A stretch of DNA of 25,881 nucleotides, taken from IMG/VR virus record IMGVR_UViG_3300030677_000019, positions 1 to 25,881 of that record. The stretch is one strand, 5' to 3'. This DNA comes from a virus. Taxonomy: Duplodnaviria; Caudoviricetes. The position numbers were made by a program, and so were the translations under genes. This document shows, piece by piece, positions 8,823 through 17,050 of the stretch. How positions within the stretch are numbered: the stretch's first letter is position 1; every line of letters starts with the position of its first letter. The notes beneath the pieces are model-generated. The model saw only the letters and a list, made by a program, of their open reading frames with translations. It was not told the origin of the DNA and made no database searches.

Positions 8823-9323
8823 TCAATCCCCCTTCACGCGGCTAAAGCACGCCACATCTTCACCGTTACGGCCGAATTGCCGCTGGGTGCCTTCATGCAC
8901 CATGCCCAAGGATCGCACGTACCATTCGCACGTCTTGACCCGGCTGGCCAGCACCGAGGTCTGCAACCGCCGGGCGCCGGTGTCCAGCAGCGACTGCATC
9001 AGCCAGCGGGCGGTCTTGGTCATGTGCCGCCAGTGCGTCGCCCAGCCTTCCATGCTTCCCACCATCCACGACTCCCACACGCCCGGGCGAAGCTCGAAGA
9101 AGCCGCCGGCATAGATCGGCATGCCATCCTTGCCCAGCCCGGTGAATTTCACCCCCGACAGACCGATCAGCTGTTTGGCCGCCATCTCCGGGTCGTAGCC
9201 CTCGGCAAAGGAGAACGCGACGAACTGGTCGCGCTCATCGGGTCGCATCTGCTCGCACAGGTAGGTGAGGTGCCAGTTCTTGGTCAGCACGACGTTGCTG
9301 GGAGGATGGCGCGGCGTGATCAT
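8823..9323 (-). CDS. GNAT-fold/T7 gp13-like virion assembly protein, 166 aa
   Basis: MRPDERDQF...YAGGF...GVWESWMVG...RRLQTSVLASRVKTCEWYVRSLGMVHEGTQRQFGRNGED resembles the GNAT C-terminal motif. It occupies the conserved position directly after the nozzle. Confidence 0.65.
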   Translation of the reverse strand: MITPRHPPSNVVLTKNWHLTYLCEQMRPDERDQFVAFSFAEGYDPEMAAKQLIGLSGVKFTGLGKDGMPIYAGGFFELRPGVWESWMVGSMEGWATHWRHMTKTARWLMQSLLDTGARRLQTSVLASRVKTCEWYVRSLGMVHEGTQRQFGRNGEDVACFSRVKGD

Positions 9324-11176
9324 GCGCCCTCCCGCTCATCTTGGACGTACAGGTTCACCGCCTGAATCTGCCATGGCGAAGAGGCGTAGTTGACCTTGAA
9401 GCTCATGCTGGGGGCACAGATCGGCATGGCGACAATCATGCCCGGAACGGTGTCCGGTGGAATCGGAAATGGCGGGGTGTACAGGCCAAAGTTGGCCTGG
9501 TCGTAGCCCACGCTGATGTTGGGTGTCGCCCCGTTCCCCACGAAGTCGAACCCGGTGACCATCTTGTTGACGCCCGGATTGCCCATGTCCAGCCATGGCG
9601 TCTGCACCACACCCGGAAACGGTGCCGAGCGGCTGGGCATCGCGGTGTCATCGTTGAAGTCGTTCGGCGTGGTTGGATCGACCTTGAGAATGTCGTTGTT
9701 GGCGCGGATGTACAGCGTGTCGTTCAAGATGGTGAACTGCTGGATCGTGAACGGGTACACGTACCGGCTCCAAAAGCCTTGGCCGCTGACCGAAGGGATG
9801 GTGTAGACGAACACCGTTGATGTCGCGTTGTCGGCGTTCTGGAAGCTCAACCAGTATTGCCCCAGCGCCGGAACGAAGGTGCCCACCGGCTCCGTCCCGT
9901 TCGCTTTCGCTGCCGCCAGCGCCTGCTGCACCAGGGGATCGATCGGCATGCCCACATCGCCCGCTTCCAGGTTGGTCGAGGCATCGGCAATGCCCACGCT
10001 GCGCACGCCGCGCGAGGACAGGAACAGCAGGTCGTTGGCGACTGGCGACATGGCCAGGTTGTGGGTCGAAGCGATCGGCAGGCCGTCGAGCAGGGTGATG
10101 TTGGCCGGATCGGGATCGAGCTGCCACATCTGCGATCCCTCGGCATTGAAGGCGACCAGATTGGAGCGGTAGAGGTTCATCGCCGCGACTGGGTTGGCGC
10201 CATAGCTTTGCAGGCCAAAGGGAAGGTATCCGGCGTTGTTCGGGCTGGTCCAGTCGGTCGGGTTCACCGTCGCGCTGTAGCGGATGGTGTCGTTGTCACC
10301 GGCATACACCTTGCCGGCGGCGATCTGAACAATCTTCGATTGCGGACAGTTCACGTCAAGAATCTGCCCGGTCTGGGCAATCCAGTCGATCTGGCTCGGC
10401 GCGGTTCCATCCAGTACCGCGGCACCCGGTGAGGTCGGGAAGGTCGGCTCGGTGGCGCCGGACAGCAGCAGCGGCTCGGCTTCCCAGGTGATCAGGGAGC
10501 CGATGATGCCTTCCCAGATGACCTGGTTATCGGTGACCGTGACGCCAAGCACATTCGGCCAGGCCGGCTCGGTGGCGCCGCTCTTGCCCGGGGCCGCTTG
10601 GGTGGCTTCGTAGACGAGTCCGGCCTGCGCGACCTGCGACACGTAGTTCCACGAGACCGCATCGAAGGCGACACTTCCGCCGTGCGATCCGGCATTGGCG
10701 ATCAGGCGAATGAAGACGAACGCCGCATTCGGTGGGGCCGTGCCGGTGACCGTGGTCTGGTGCCAGCTGCCGCCCGGTCCCGGCCCAATCTGGTTGCCGA
10801 CCGAAGCGCCGGGCAGGATGGTCAACGAGCTATCCATCCATTCCAGCGACATGGTGAAGGCCACGTCGTCGGTGCCGGCGTTGTCGATGTTGCCGAAGGC
10901 GCTCGCGGTGATGACCTGGCCAGGCACCACGGGCGAGGTGTCGGTCTTGTCCAGCTGAATCAACCCCGTACCGGAACCGGAGACCTTCCACGTCCCCTGA
11001 TAGACGCTGGCGTTCTGCGTGACCCACGTGCCGGCCGAGGGATTCCATCCGGTCAGGTCGCCGGTTTCAAATCCCGGGTTGACCAGCGGGGTGGTGATGA
11101 TCGGCGCGCCACTGGTCGGAACGACAAGCGAACCGGGGACGTAGGTGGTGCCGGCCTGCCAGACGGGCGTACTCAT
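9320..11176 (-). CDS. Tail nozzle (tail tubular protein B-like), C-terminal part, with N-terminal carbohydrate-binding modules, 618 aa
   Basis: Likely start ATG 11176 (ATGA overlap). It contains a WQAGTTY repeat, an LVNPGFETGDLTGW jelly-roll domain, and SGATEPxW/FP repeats. Propeller-like blades follow (IRYSATVNPTDW, NLVAFN, DLLFLSSRGVRS, DVGMPIDPLV, WSRY), ending in a TPWLDMGNPGVNK C-terminal domain. Confidence 0.7.
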   Translation of the reverse strand: MSTPVWQAGTTYVPGSLVVPTSGAPIITTPLVNPGFETGDLTGWNPSAGTWVTQNASVYQGTWKVSGSGTGLIQLDKTDTSPVVPGQVITASAFGNIDNAGTDDVAFTMSLEWMDSSLTILPGASVGNQIGPGPGGSWHQTTVTGTAPPNAAFVFIRLIANAGSHGGSVAFDAVSWNYVSQVAQAGLVYEATQAAPGKSGATEPAWPNVLGVTVTDNQVIWEGIIGSLITWEAEPLLLSGATEPTFPTSPGAAVLDGTAPSQIDWIAQTGQILDVNCPQSKIVQIAAGKVYAGDNDTIRYSATVNPTDWTSPNNAGYLPFGLQSYGANPVAAMNLYRSNLVAFNAEGSQMWQLDPDPANITLLDGLPIASTHNLAMSPVANDLLFLSSRGVRSVGIADASTNLEAGDVGMPIDPLVQQALAAAKANGTEPVGTFVPALGQYWLSFQNADNATSTVFVYTIPSVSGQGFWSRYVYPFTIQQFTILNDTLYIRANNDILKVDPTTPNDFNDDTAMPSRSAPFPGVVQTPWLDMGNPGVNKMVTGFDFVGNGATPNISVGYDQANFGLYTPPFPIPPDTVPGMIVAMPICAPSMSFKVNYASSPWQIQAVNLYVQDEREGA

Positions 11177-11949
11177 GTGTTGCCCCCATCGAGCGGGAAC
11201 AACCCGTCGTAGTTGGTGCCAGCTGGCGAACCCGATCCGCCGGCAAAGGTGGTGACAATCGGCGTGGACTGCGTATTGACGCCCTCGTTGACCGTCGCGC
11301 CGGCTGCCAGTGGCCACACGGGCTCGGTGCTACCGGTGGCCGGGTTATCACCCTCGGCGAGCGTGCAGACGTACTGGAAGCCGTTGTAGGTCGATGGCTG
11401 GATCACTGTGCCGACACTTACCTGCGTGTTGGCGGTCCATGCCGGCGGGTTGTTCTGGGTGGTCGCCGCGTAGACGTAGCCGTTCGGCGTGGTCGGGGTG
11501 ACCAGCTGGTTGAGCTGGTATTGGGTGTTGGGCGCCCACGTGCCCGTGGACTGCAGCCAGTAGTGGTAGACATTGCCGTCACTGAAGCCGGCCACGACGT
11601 ACAGAAATCCGAGGAACGGTGCGGCGAAATAGATCTCGTCGAGCGTGCCGGTGAAGGCCGGATTCGGATGGATCAAGATGTTGCACACGTAGCCGGCCGG
11701 CATGGTGATGTTGGTCAGCGCAAAGACGTTCAGCAGTCCCTTGAAGGCAACGAGCCCTTTCGTGCCGGTGGTCAGCGTCTCATCCAGCGTGGTGCCGTCG
11801 CGGCTGGTCGGTGCTCCGGAGATATCGACGTAGCCGTTCAACAAGTCATAGACGCCATCGGGCGAGGCGCCGCCCTTGTCGCGCAACCGGGTGATGCCGG
11901 TCTTGAGACTGGTCAGCACCGGGACCGAGCGCAGGCCACGTGCCGCCAT
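11173..11949 (-). CDS. Tail nozzle N-terminal part/virion protein with C-terminal CBM5/12-like repeats, 258 aa
   Basis: The start LTSLKTGITRLRDKGGASPDGVYDLLNGYVDISGAPTSRDG resembles nozzle N-termini. Repeats WAPNTQY...NGYVY and WTANTQV...NGFQY, plus TGSTEPVWP, follow. The gene comes after the adaptor (TAATG overlap). Confidence 0.65.
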   Translation of the reverse strand: MAARGLRSVPVLTSLKTGITRLRDKGGASPDGVYDLLNGYVDISGAPTSRDGTTLDETLTTGTKGLVAFKGLLNVFALTNITMPAGYVCNILIHPNPAFTGTLDEIYFAAPFLGFLYVVAGFSDGNVYHYWLQSTGTWAPNTQYQLNQLVTPTTPNGYVYAATTQNNPPAWTANTQVSVGTVIQPSTYNGFQYVCTLAEGDNPATGSTEPVWPLAAGATVNEGVNTQSTPIVTTFAGGSGSPAGTNYDGLFPLDGGNT

Positions 11950-13661
11950 TACCAGACCCTCCGCGGACGCACGGCATTCAGCGGCATGCCGTTCACCGGT
12001 ATGTAACGGCGCGTGTTGTGGGTGCCGGCGATCAGGTCACCCAGGAAGGTGGTCAGCTGCCCCTGCACGTTCTGCGCGTCCGGCTGGCCGTAGTGCATCT
12101 TGGCATTGCCCAGCGCGAGCATGAACACGGCGCGATAGTCGATGGTGGTCTGGTCGTTGTCGTTGACGAACGATTGCAGGCCGAAATAGCCCTTGATGCG
12201 CAGTGACCATGTGTTATCCGGCGGTCCCGGCCATATTTCGATGCACTGGCGGCATTCGTAGCTGTCAGGTATCGAGTTGATGATCGAGGTGTAGCGCAGC
12301 GGGTCGATACCGCACGACAGCGGACGCCAGTTGTTGTCGTTCTGCGAGATGCCTACCCAGGTGATCGCGCGCGGGTCGAGCGTCTTGGAGCACGCGCCGG
12401 TGGTGTTGACCAACGGCGGCGCATTGCCGGAGGGTGTGATGGACCCGTTGTACTGAAAGCTGGTCGTGCCGGACCCTACCTGCGCCATCTGTGCCATCTG
12501 GTAGGTCAGCGGACCATTTCCGTAAATGATGTAGCCCGTCGCGCCGGTTACAGCCGCCCAAGTCACCGTGTTCGTGCTGTTCGGCCCGGTGGTTATGACC
12601 TGCACTTCTACGGCCTGATTGGTCTCGCCATTGGCATTCAAGGCAGTCACCACGTAACCATACGTGCCCTGGATCAGTGCTCCTGCGCTCGCATCGGTTG
12701 CCACGCTGACGCCTGTAGGCGCCTGAATCGATCCGTTGACGGCATCGTCGTTCTCGTTGAAGTCGTAGAAGCGTTGTCCCTCGAGCATCGACCACGTGAA
12801 CCACCGCTCACCACGGAACACCTTGTAGCGACGGAACAACAACTCCTGCGCTTCGATCAAGAACGAATTGAGTAGCGGAACCATGCCCGGCGGCGGGACC
12901 ATCATGGCGGCGAAGCCCAGGCGCGTCATGAGTTCGATGCGCAGCTGCTTCAGCGTCTTGGTCGGGTAGTCCGTCTCGCTGCATTCGCAGTTGTAGTTGG
13001 TCGGAACCACCGCGACTGACACCGTGGCTGGCGCCGATGTATTGCCATCATACGTACCCGTGTAGGTGAAGCTGTCCGGACCGTGATAGAAGACGTTCGG
13101 CGTATAGACGATGGCGCCATCAAGGACGAAAGCGCTGCCATTTGTCGCTTGACTCGCGATAGCAAGCGTCGCATCGACGGGTGAACCGTCCTGAGTGACG
13201 CTGGTTGTGACCGAGTTGTTGTTCGAGTTGCTGGCAACGGAGATCGTCTCGTCGGACGCCACGGGCGTCGGCGGTGCCGGTGGTGTGACCGTGACCGTGT
13301 TAGTGCCCAGCGCCTCGCCAGCTGAGCCGGGAAGAAGCTGAACCTGAAGTTGGGTCAGGCCTGTGGGCACTGCATACGCTTCCGTGCCACCGTTATTTCC
13401 AGTGGGCTGTAGCAAGGTGCGATCGCCAGGGGTTGGCGACAGGTAGATGATCGACGATCCGTCGGCCGGCGTGCCTGCGGTAGTGGCGTTCGCATAAGTG
13501 AAGCCGAGTGTGTCTGAGCCAGTGTAGGAGCCTATGAACGTCAGGAAGATTTCGACATAGTCGCCCTGTGTCGCGCTGGCAACATACGACGTGCCGTTCC
13601 AGCACGCGGGCGGTGATTGCGTGCCATCACTCCAGTTGTTCGGGTTGGATAGCAGGTTCAT
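11949..13661 (-). CDS. Head-tail adaptor (tail tubular protein A-like) with added Ig-like domains, 570 aa
   Basis: Adaptor-like core TLKQLRIELMTRLGF...LNSFLIEAQELL...GQRFYDF...IEIWPGP...LALGNAKMHYGQPDA. It also has a Big_9/cadherin-like domain (YTPNVFYHGPDSFTYT) and an FN3-like insert (YGYVVTALNANGET...VTWAAVTGATGYIIY). Confidence 0.7.
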   Translation of the reverse strand: MNLLSNPNNWSDGTQSPPACWNGTSYVASATQGDYVEIFLTFIGSYTGSDTLGFTYANATTAGTPADGSSIIYLSPTPGDRTLLQPTGNNGGTEAYAVPTGLTQLQVQLLPGSAGEALGTNTVTVTPPAPPTPVASDETISVASNSNNNSVTTSVTQDGSPVDATLAIASQATNGSAFVLDGAIVYTPNVFYHGPDSFTYTGTYDGNTSAPATVSVAVVPTNYNCECSETDYPTKTLKQLRIELMTRLGFAAMMVPPPGMVPLLNSFLIEAQELLFRRYKVFRGERWFTWSMLEGQRFYDFNENDDAVNGSIQAPTGVSVATDASAGALIQGTYGYVVTALNANGETNQAVEVQVITTGPNSTNTVTWAAVTGATGYIIYGNGPLTYQMAQMAQVGSGTTSFQYNGSITPSGNAPPLVNTTGACSKTLDPRAITWVGISQNDNNWRPLSCGIDPLRYTSIINSIPDSYECRQCIEIWPGPPDNTWSLRIKGYFGLQSFVNDNDQTTIDYRAVFMLALGNAKMHYGQPDAQNVQGQLTTFLGDLIAGTHNTRRYIPVNGMPLNAVRPRRVW

Positions 13662-13679
13662 GAATCCGTCGTCCTACAT

Positions 13680-13708
13680 AAAAACGGCCCGACCGAAGCC
13701 GGGCCGTT
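13680..13708 (-). terminator. Rho-independent terminator after the head genes
   Basis: Minus strand AACGGCCCGGC-TTCG-GTCGGGCCGTT-TTT: strong stem, C(UUCG)G tetraloop and T tract. Confidence 0.85.
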
Positions 13709-13735
13709 GTCGGCGAAAACGAAGGTTCAGAGTGC

Positions 13736-14185
13736 TTACGCGTCCTGGTCCTCGTCCACATCCCCACTGCCGGTGGCTGGGGCAACAGGCGCGTGCACGA
13801 TCACACTGGCCTGGTTGTACTTGACCTTGTCCTCGTCACCGCGCTGATACGGCAGTCCCGACTCTTTGGCCAGTGACTGCACGGTGCGGTAGACGTGGCG
13901 AATGGCATCCTCGCCATCCTTCTGGGCGTAACGGGTTTCCAGCAGCGTATAAGCCTGCGCAGCATTCAACCCTTCCGGTACCGGCACGTCGCGGGTCTCG
14001 GTGACCAGAACCGACTCGTCGCCGTGGATTTCCTGCAACACCGGCACCTCGTAGCCGTACACGGTGACCGGGATCGAGGTGGTATGTCCGCGAAGGATCA
14101 GCACATCGCACTGCTCGATCGTGGCCACAGCGGCCTTGGGTGCCGGTGCGGCCGGCTTTGGTGCGGCTTTGGGTGCGTCGGCCAT
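13736..14185 (-). CDS. Hypothetical head-module protein, 149 aa
   Basis: Likely start ATG 14185 (MADAPKAAPK) just after the upstream stop, with GGAG upstream. Core IPVTVYGYEVPVLQEIHG. It ends just before the terminator. Confidence 0.7.
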   Translation of the reverse strand: MADAPKAAPKPAAPAPKAAVATIEQCDVLILRGHTTSIPVTVYGYEVPVLQEIHGDESVLVTETRDVPVPEGLNAAQAYTLLETRYAQKDGEDAIRHVYRTVQSLAKESGLPYQRGDEDKVKYNQASVIVHAPVAPATGSGDVDEDQDA

Positions 14186-14187
14186 GA

Positions 14188-14532
14188 TTACTGGACTCCC
14201 AGCAGACCGACCGACACCGTGCCCGTGCCTGCGGTGGTGACGTTGACCGCGATCCACGGCGGCAACAGAATTTCCTGCTGGGGCAACGAGGCGGCGTTGA
14301 GGGTGGCGATGGTGAACCAGTTCGCGTCACCGCTGGCGGGGGCGTTGGGCTGGATCAGGGGATTGCCCTGAATCGTCACCACACCACCGCCGGCAATGGC
14401 GTTCTGCAGAAACAGCACCGCGTTTTTGTTCTGACCGCCCTGAAAGGGGCTGGTGGTCAGGTTGATTGGGGTCTGCTGACCGGTCGCCGTGATCGACAAC
14501 GCGGTGGCAAGCTGGATGAACTCGGTTCCCAT
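14188..14532 (-). CDS. Putative capsid decoration/virion protein, 114 aa
   Basis: Beta-rich, nearly uncharged ORF directly after the capsid gene, with a GGAGAA ribosome-binding site. Confidence 0.6.
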   Translation of the reverse strand: MGTEFIQLATALSITATGQQTPINLTTSPFQGGQNKNAVLFLQNAIAGGGVVTIQGNPLIQPNAPASGDANWFTIATLNAASLPQQEILLPPWIAVNVTTAGTGTVSVGLLGVQ

Positions 14533-14545
14533 CTTTGTTCTCCGT

Positions 14546-14572
14546 GAAGGGCCGGGGAATGTCCGGCCCTTC
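14546..14572 (-). promoter_or_regulatory. Perfect 10-bp stem-loop downstream of the capsid stop (no U tract)
   Basis: GAAGGGCCGG-ACATTCC-CCGGCCCTTC, immediately upstream of the next RBS. Confidence 0.6.
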
Positions 14573-14586
14573 GTTGGGGTGGATGA

Positions 14587-15639
14587 TCAGGCGATCGAGA
14601 GAACCGCCATGCAGTTCCGCTTGCTGATCGTCATACCGTAATCCGAGGTAAGACCCCAGAAGTACGTGTATCGATCATAGATGCGCGGCGGCTTGCGGTT
14701 GATCATCCAGCGTCCCTTGAACGGACGCAAATGGATGAACTTGGAGTTGAGGAAGTAGCAGCGCTTGGCCCACGGGTAGGTGATCGCACCAAGGATCACA
14801 TCGAGCGCATCGAAGCTCGGATCCCAGACCAGCTCCACGCCCTTGAAGTACAGGCCCATGATGCCGCCGGACATGTCCGAGGACTTGTTGTCGCCCCACG
14901 ACTGCATGCGCACGATGCCTGCCGCGCAATCCAGACGGTACGCATCCAGGAACTTCGAGCCGCAGAAGATCTTGTCGGGTGCGTGGCCACCGAACTGCGT
15001 GCAGGCGCGCCAGGTGATTTCCATCTGCTGGGTCAGCGTGCCCAGCGTCGCGGTGCTGATGGCCATGTTGGCGTTGTTCTGCCAGAACGTGTACACCGAC
15101 GGATCGAGGCCGCCGACAACGCCCGTGGTCGGGGTGGTCGAGACCAGGTAGTCAAGGCCCGGAACCGCCTGCGCGGACTGCGAGCCGTTCTGGTGGATTT
15201 CCAGATCCCATGCATCCTGAAAGCCCTGCTTGAGGACCGTGTAGTTCTCCTTGATCTTGGAGACCAGCACGACCTTCTCGGAGGCTTCCAGCTTGGCGTC
15301 CTGGTCATCGGTGAGGATGATGCCGTTGTCGGCCAGCTCGGTTTCGTTGAGGGTGAAGCCGTCGTGCGCCTCGTAGTGCATGTACGGCGCCATGCGAACG
15401 GTGTCGCGACGGTTGTAGGTAACCTGCTGGTCACCCGAGTAGTTCTGGTAGTTCGAGTTGTTCGAGATACGAACCTTCTCGTTGAAGATGCCGTTGCCGT
15501 AGATCGACGGGATCTTCTTCTCGATGAACCATTTCGCCAACGGTTTGGCGTGCTCGATCTGATCGATCGGGTCGTTTTCGGCGTAGCTCATCAGCTGATA
15601 GTTCGCGCCGTTGAGCAGTTGCTGTGGAGTGATGGGCAT
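14587..15639 (-). CDS. Major capsid protein (HK97 fold presumed), 350 aa
   Basis: Likely start ATG 15639 with GAGG RBS. Motifs DQIEHAKPL, HDGFTLNETELADNGI, GLDYLVSTTPTTGVVGGLD...WQN, PDKIFCGSKFLDAYR, FKGVELVWDP and KRCYFLN match podophage capsid proteins. It follows the scaffold gene. Confidence 0.85.
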   Translation of the reverse strand: MPITPQQLLNGANYQLMSYAENDPIDQIEHAKPLAKWFIEKKIPSIYGNGIFNEKVRISNNSNYQNYSGDQQVTYNRRDTVRMAPYMHYEAHDGFTLNETELADNGIILTDDQDAKLEASEKVVLVSKIKENYTVLKQGFQDAWDLEIHQNGSQSAQAVPGLDYLVSTTPTTGVVGGLDPSVYTFWQNNANMAISTATLGTLTQQMEITWRACTQFGGHAPDKIFCGSKFLDAYRLDCAAGIVRMQSWGDNKSSDMSGGIMGLYFKGVELVWDPSFDALDVILGAITYPWAKRCYFLNSKFIHLRPFKGRWMINRKPPRIYDRYTYFWGLTSDYGMTISKRNCMAVLSIA

Positions 15640-15780
15640 TGCAGTGGCCTCGTGAACAGGAAAGGGAAAACCCCGTAGGGTTACTTCTTTCCACGTTCGA
15701 GGGTGCGAAGCTCGATGCGGCACTACCAGGCGCGACACTGGCTTACGGCTACGTGGGTTGCGGCGCTTACCGCGTGTTGG
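15640..15780 (-). ncRNA. Candidate structured cis-regulatory 5' leader of the capsid mRNA
   Basis: Nested stems: GCGG/CCGC; CCACGT/ACGTGG enclosing GCCAG/CTGGT and TCGAG/CTCGA; then GGAAAG..AACCC-TACG-GGGTT..CTTTCC. Confidence 0.55.
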
Positions 15781-15785
15781 ACGGC

Positions 15786-15814
15786 ATCCTCGCCGTGCGT
15801 GAATGGGTTGTCAA
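15786..15814 (-). promoter_or_regulatory. Sigma70-type promoter for the capsid operon
   Basis: Perfect TTGACA (15809-15814), 17-bp spacer and GAGGAT (15786-15791), directly downstream of a terminator. Confidence 0.65.
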
Positions 15815-15823
15815 GCGAGCGGC

Positions 15824-15859
15824 AAAGAAAAGGGCCGCGCGCTTCACAGCGGACGGCCC
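15824..15859 (-). terminator. Rho-independent terminator after the scaffold gene
   Basis: Minus strand GGGCCG-TC-CGCT-GTGA-AGCG-CG-CGGCCC-TTTTCTTT. Confidence 0.75.
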
Positions 15860-15913
15860 CGGGTATCGACCGCGCTGGCTCGGACCAGTCACGGGATGGG
15901 TGGAGGTGAAAGA

Positions 15914-17050
15914 TTACTCGGAGGCGGCACCGAATGCACCGATCTCGAAGGCCTCGGTATCGCTCTTGGGCTTTGGCCGCATGCCGGAGCTGGCGTTGCC
16001 CGGACGGATCGGCATGTGGCCTACGGGTGGCAGCTGCCGCGTATTACCCACTGCAGATGGTGCAGCGACGGGCGCCGTGGGCTGCGGCAACTGACCGTAA
16101 GCGCGCGCCACGGCCTCGGGCCACTTGCTCGGGGGCAACGTTTCCACGATCAGGTCCAATGTCGGCTTGAGCATGTCCATCTTGACCGCGTAGAACGGGT
16201 CAGCCGGAACCCCTAACGCCGGGTTGCCTTCGCGTAGATTCTTCCCCAGCTGGCCCAGATGCGCGTTTGCCGTCTGCACCGCCACAGCATGCTGCTGCTG
16301 CTCGGTGTTGGCCTGCACTGCACGACCTGTCATCGCCGCTTGTGCCCGCTCGGCAGCGTGCTGCTTGGCCAGTGCCTCGGTGATGTCGCCGTTCTCCACG
16401 GCCGCCTTCAAGTCGGGGTGACCGGCCAGTGGATCAACCAATCCCGGCACGTCGCGGCCGATCTCCTGGCCGAGCTGCTGCAGCGTGGACAGCATCGTGT
16501 CGAACGCCACGCCCTTGGCCTTGATGTCGGTCCCGTTCAGCGCCTTGCCGACCTCGATCATCATGCCCAGCTGCTGCGGTGGCACGCCCGATTGCTGCAG
16601 GAAGCCATTCCACTCATCCAGGTTCTGCTTGGCCTCGCGCAGCGGGGTGATCTCCGCATCCTTGGTCTTGAGGCTGGATGTCAGCTCGCGGAAGCGCTCG
16701 GCCGCCTTGGCCTTCAGACCAAGCGACTTGATCTCGGTCTCAACCGCCGGGTCAGGCACGGCCGCCGGGGTGACTTCAGCGACCGGCGGAACGACCGCTG
16801 GCACAACCTCTGCAGCAGCGGCAGGTGTAGCCACCTTGGCTGCTGCAGCAGCCGCCACATCCGCTCCATCCCGAGCAGGATGGCCTGCTGACTCATCACT
16901 TTGCGTTGCATGGTCTACCCCCTGGTCAAAGGCCGAGGATGCCGCTTCGTCCACATTCGGCGTGGCGGTGGTATCGGCAGGTGCATCGGTTCCCGTATCA
17001 GCCGGCAGGTCGGTAGGGGTGGTGTCGGTGGTTTCGCCTTCAATGATCAT
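15914..17050 (-). CDS. Capsid scaffolding protein, 378 aa
   Basis: Acidic, Pro/Ala-rich disordered N-terminus, AAERFRELT coiled coil, DPLAGHPDLKAAVENGDIT segment, and a short basic plus helical C-terminus. It lies between portal and capsid. Confidence 0.75.
   Translation of the reverse strand: MIIEGETTDTTPTDLPADTGTDAPADTTATPNVDEAASSAFDQGVDHATQSDESAGHPARDGADVAAAAAAKVATPAAAAEVVPAVVPPVAEVTPAAVPDPAVETEIKSLGLKAKAAERFRELTSSLKTKDAEITPLREAKQNLDEWNGFLQQSGVPPQQLGMMIEVGKALNGTDIKAKGVAFDTMLSTLQQLGQEIGRDVPGLVDPLAGHPDLKAAVENGDITEALAKQHAAERAQAAMTGRAVQANTEQQQHAVAVQTANAHLGQLGKNLREGNPALGVPADPFYAVKMDMLKPTLDLIVETLPPSKWPEAVARAYGQLPQPTAPVAAPSAVGNTRQLPPVGHMPIRPGNASSGMRPKPKSDTEAFEIGAFGAASE

Noticed and set aside
11173-11317. 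Programmed -1 frameshift fusing the two nozzle genes (the downstream frame is open up to 11317)
   Set aside because: I found no X-XXY-YYZ slippery heptamer in the overlap. A clean ATGA junction with a G-rich RBS supports two coupled genes.
15639-16094. Plus-strand 151-aa ORF, and ORF 15703-15909, across the scaffold-capsid gap
   Set aside because: No recognisable protein features. The region is better explained by a minus-strand terminator, promoter and structured leader.
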